In this document: piece after piece, positions 61,623-64,000 of the stretch
Layout of the letters: the number at the start of each line of letters is the position of its first letter
Numbering within the stretch: position 1 is the first letter of the stretch
DNA from: a virus
Taxonomy: Duplodnaviria > Caudoviricetes
Strand: one strand, 5' to 3'
Length of the DNA: 64,000 nucleotides
IMG/VR virus record: IMGVR_UViG_3300037400_006508
Location: 32,001 to 96,000 of that record
Made by a program: the position numbers and the translations under genes
Notes under the pieces: generated by a model
Databases searched by the model: none
What the model saw: the letters and a program-made list of their open reading frames with translations, nothing else
Told to the model about the DNA's origin: nothing

Positions 61623-64000
61623 ATGGCGGACGGCCTTCCAGAGGGACTTCGTGAATTCGACGACGCGAAGGCGACGCGGAAGCTCATTTACGACAATGTG
61701 CTTTCCGCGGTGCAGAAGCGTTTTCCTGTAGAGGACGACAACTACAGGCTCGAGCTCCTCGACGCCAGGTACGGCGGTCCGCAGGAGTATACGCTGGCTC
61801 AGCAGAAGAACGCCATCTTGCGCAATAGAAACCTAAGGACTCCGATTGTCGGCAAGTGGCGTCTGACGGACAAGAAGACCGGCCAGGTGCTCGACGAACG
61901 CGAGGACCAGGTCATGCAGGTCCCGTACTGGACCGACCGCGGCACCATCATCAACAACGGGTCCGAGTACACGGTCATCACGCAGTCCAGGCTCCGTCCG
62001 GGCGTGTACGCCAGGCGCAAGACGAACGGAGGCCTGGAGGCGCAGTTCAACATCGATCCAAGGACGGGTCATTCGTTCAGGATAGGCCTGAACCAGCAGA
62101 CCGGCGTGTTCGACGTATCCGTAGGGCAGGGCCACATACCTCTGTACCAGGTTCTTCGCGGTCTCGGCGTCGACGACAAGGAGATCATCAGGAACTGGGG
62201 CGCGGATCTTACGGCGGCCAATGCGCAGAAGTCGGATCCGCAGGCGTGGAGGAAGCTCTACGAGCGTATGGCCGGGTACAGGGCGGATCCGAATTTGACC
62301 GACGCGGACAGGATGGAGTATGTCAGGAACGGTCTTACGTCGTATAAGGTCGATCCGGACATCGTCGAGAGGACGATGGGACTCCGCAACGTGTCCGGAG
62401 TCACCCCGCAGCTGCTCATGCGTGCGTCGCAGAAGCTTCTTAACATATCTCGCGGCGACGAGAAGCCGGACAATCGCGACAATCCAAGGTTTTCGGCTTA
62501 CTACTCGATCGAGGACTTCCTCAAAGAGCGCGTTGACAAGGATGCTGGTCGTCTCACAAAGTCGCTTCTGTTCAGGGCAAGGAGAAATAGAAACCTGAAG
62601 GGAGTCCGCAGGGACGCCCTCGCCCCGTATGTGGATGCGTTCATCCAGGGATCCGGCCTTGCGATGCCGGGAGAGGAGGCGAATCCGCTCTCCACGCTCG
62701 AGCAGATGTCCAGGATATCCAAGTTCGGCGAAGGAGGAATCCAGTCCGAAGAAGCCGTAACCATGTCCGCCCGCGAGGTGAACGGGGACTACCTCGGGTT
62801 CGTAGATCCGGTAGCCGGTCCCGAATCGGGCAGGATCGGCGTTGACGTCAGGGCCACCTACCATACGTACAAGGGCAAGGACAACAAGATCTATGGCGAA
62901 TTCCTGGATGCAAAGACGGGAAAGACGGCGTACGTCGACATCGGAACCGCCGCTGACAGAAAGATAGCCTTCCCGGGTCAGGACATGTCGAAGCCGTACG
63001 TGTATATCATGAAGGACGGCGTTCCGCAGATGGCTCCGACGTCGGAAGTGCAGTATATTGTTCCGAACTACGGGCGTGTCGTCGGGTCGAACACCAACAT
63101 GAATCCGTTTCCGACGGCCGTCCAGCCGAACAGGCAGTTCTACGCGTCGAAGTTCTGGACGCAGTATCTGCCGCAGGCGAAGGGCGAGGTGCCGTTGGTG
63201 GACTCGCTTATGCCGGACGGGAAGCAGACCTGGAGCGAGTACTACGGCAGGAAGGTCGGAGCCGTCAAGTCCGATGTAGACGGAGTCGTTACGCGTGTCA
63301 CGGACGACTCGGTCACCATCAAGGACAACACGGGCAAGACGCACAAGGTGGAGCTCGTCAAGAATCTTCCGTTCAACAGGCTGTCCGGCATTTCGTTCAG
63401 TCCGTCCGTCGAAGTCGGGCAGGACGTGAAGTCCGGCGACATGATCGCCCATTCCAACTTCACGGACAAGAAGACCGGTGCGATCAACATGGGCCAGAAC
63501 CTGCATGCGGCGATCATACCGTACAGGGGATACTCGTTCGAGGACGCCCACGTCATATCGGAGTCCGCCGCGAAGAGGCTTGCGACGGACAGGCTGTACA
63601 GTTTCGACCATGATTCAAGAAACGGCGTCATACTGGACAAAAAGAAATACATATCCGCGTTTCCGTCCAAGTTCACCAAGGATCAGATAGAGACGCTTGA
63701 CGACAATGGCCTTGTAAAGCCGGGTACGATACTCCACAGGGGAGATCCCATTGTAACTTCTCTCGGGCCAAAGGTTCTTACCTCGTCTGACAAGGCTCTC
63801 GGCAAACTGTCCAAGGCGCTGAGGAATTCGTATACGGACCGCACGGAGACATGGGAGCACGACTACGAGGGGAAGGTCGTAGACGCCGTAAGGACGGCCG
63901 GAGGCGCGAAGGTGAACGTCGTTGCGCAGCCGCCGGTCAGGGCCGGGGATAAGCTTTCCGGAAGGTTCGGGCTGAAGGGTGTCGTCGGAAAGGTCGTTCC
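61623..64000 (+). CDS. rpoB: multi-subunit DNA-directed RNA polymerase beta-like subunit (3'-truncated by window)
   Basis: Hand translation from ATG 61623: VPYWTDRGTIINNGSEY..QSRLRPGVY, NPLSTLEQMSRISKFGEGG, DPVAGPESGRIGV, GQNLHAAIIPYRGYSFEDA, GDKLSGRFGLKGVV, all collinear with bacterial RpoB motifs. Confidence 0.93.
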   Translation, partial: MADGLPEGLREFDDAKATRKLIYDNVLSAVQKRFPVEDDNYRLELLDARYGGPQEYTLAQQKNAILRNRNLRTPIVGKWRLTDKKTGQVLDEREDQVMQVPYWTDRGTIINNGSEYTVITQSRLRPGVYARRKTNGGLEAQFNIDPRTGHSFRIGLNQQTGVFDVSVGQGHIPLYQVLRGLGVDDKEIIRNWGADLTAANAQKSDPQAWRKLYERMAGYRADPNLTDADRMEYVRNGLTSYKVDPDIVERTMGLRNVSGVTPQLLMRASQKLLNISRGDEKPDNRDNPRFSAYYSIEDFLKERVDKDAGRLTKSLLFRARRNRNLKGVRRDALAPYVDAFIQGSGLAMPGEEANPLSTLEQMSRISKFGEGGIQSEEAVTMSAREVNGDYLGFVDPVAGPESGRIGVDVRATYHTYKGKDNKIYGEFLDAKTGKTAYVDIGTAADRKIAFPGQDMSKPYVYIMKDGVPQMAPTSEVQYIVPNYGRVVGSNTNMNPFPTAVQPNRQFYASKFWTQYLPQAKGEVPLVDSLMPDGKQTWSEYYGRKVGAVKSDVDGVVTRVTDDSVTIKDNTGKTHKVELVKNLPFNRLSGISFSPSVEVGQDVKSGDMIAHSNFTDKKTGAINMGQNLHAAIIPYRGYSFEDAHVISESAAKRLATDRLYSFDHDSRNGVILDKKKYISAFPSKFTKDQIETLDDNGLVKPGTILHRGDPIVTSLGPKVLTSSDKALGKLSKALRNSYTDRTETWEHDYEGKVVDAVRTAGGAKVNVVAQPPVRAGDKLSGRFGLKGVVGKVV

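Noticed and set aside
1-64000. Long minus-strand and alternate-frame ORFs (e.g. 30385-32550, 36133-38316, 61833-63611)
   Set aside because: They are shadows of GC3-rich + strand genes that carry recognisable motifs; they have no motifs of their own.
1-64000. Stop-codon reassignment (TAG or TGA)
   Set aside because: Recognisable genes (thyX, portal, metacaspase, GT8s) are intact in the standard code, and TAG/TGA are mostly followed by out-of-frame starts.
1-64000. CRISPR array
   Set aside because: No regularly spaced repeat-spacer series and no cas gene seen.

Overview
A 64 kb segment of a large, probably jumbo, tailed dsDNA phage genome. It is fairly GC-rich, and all credible genes lie on the + strand, densely packed with overlapping or abutting stop/start codons. 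About 1-26 kb is an accessory/early region of short genes: two HNH nucleases (one membrane-anchored), HExxH proteins, a LemA pair, a nucleoside 2-deoxyribosyltransferase-like enzyme, a Lar-like protein, an XRE regulator and thyX. It also has a promoter-driven structured non-coding region (14.7-15.0 kb) and an AT/purine-rich control region (15.5-15.9 kb). About 27-32 kb holds multi-domain glycosyltransferases. About 35-64 kb is a virion/late region: an initiator-like tRNA(CAT), an intein-containing portal, a metacaspase operon, a LysM protein, a tail fibre, a mosaic lectin-like/LRR adhesin, two more glycosyltransferases, an alpha/beta-hydrolase polyprotein and glycine-zipper membrane proteins. 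It ends with a bacterial-type RNA polymerase beta subunit that starts at 61623, runs off the window and is missing from the ORF track. The most striking pattern is a conserved ~29-aa N-terminal leader (Y-x-x-G-F-x-x-K/R-C-x-E-x-G...L-x-K-x-A) fused to unrelated cargo domains, with K-x-A motifs recurring at domain boundaries of late proteins. This suggests a capsid-targeting and proteolytic-processing system. All family calls come from motif recognition by eye; no searches were run.
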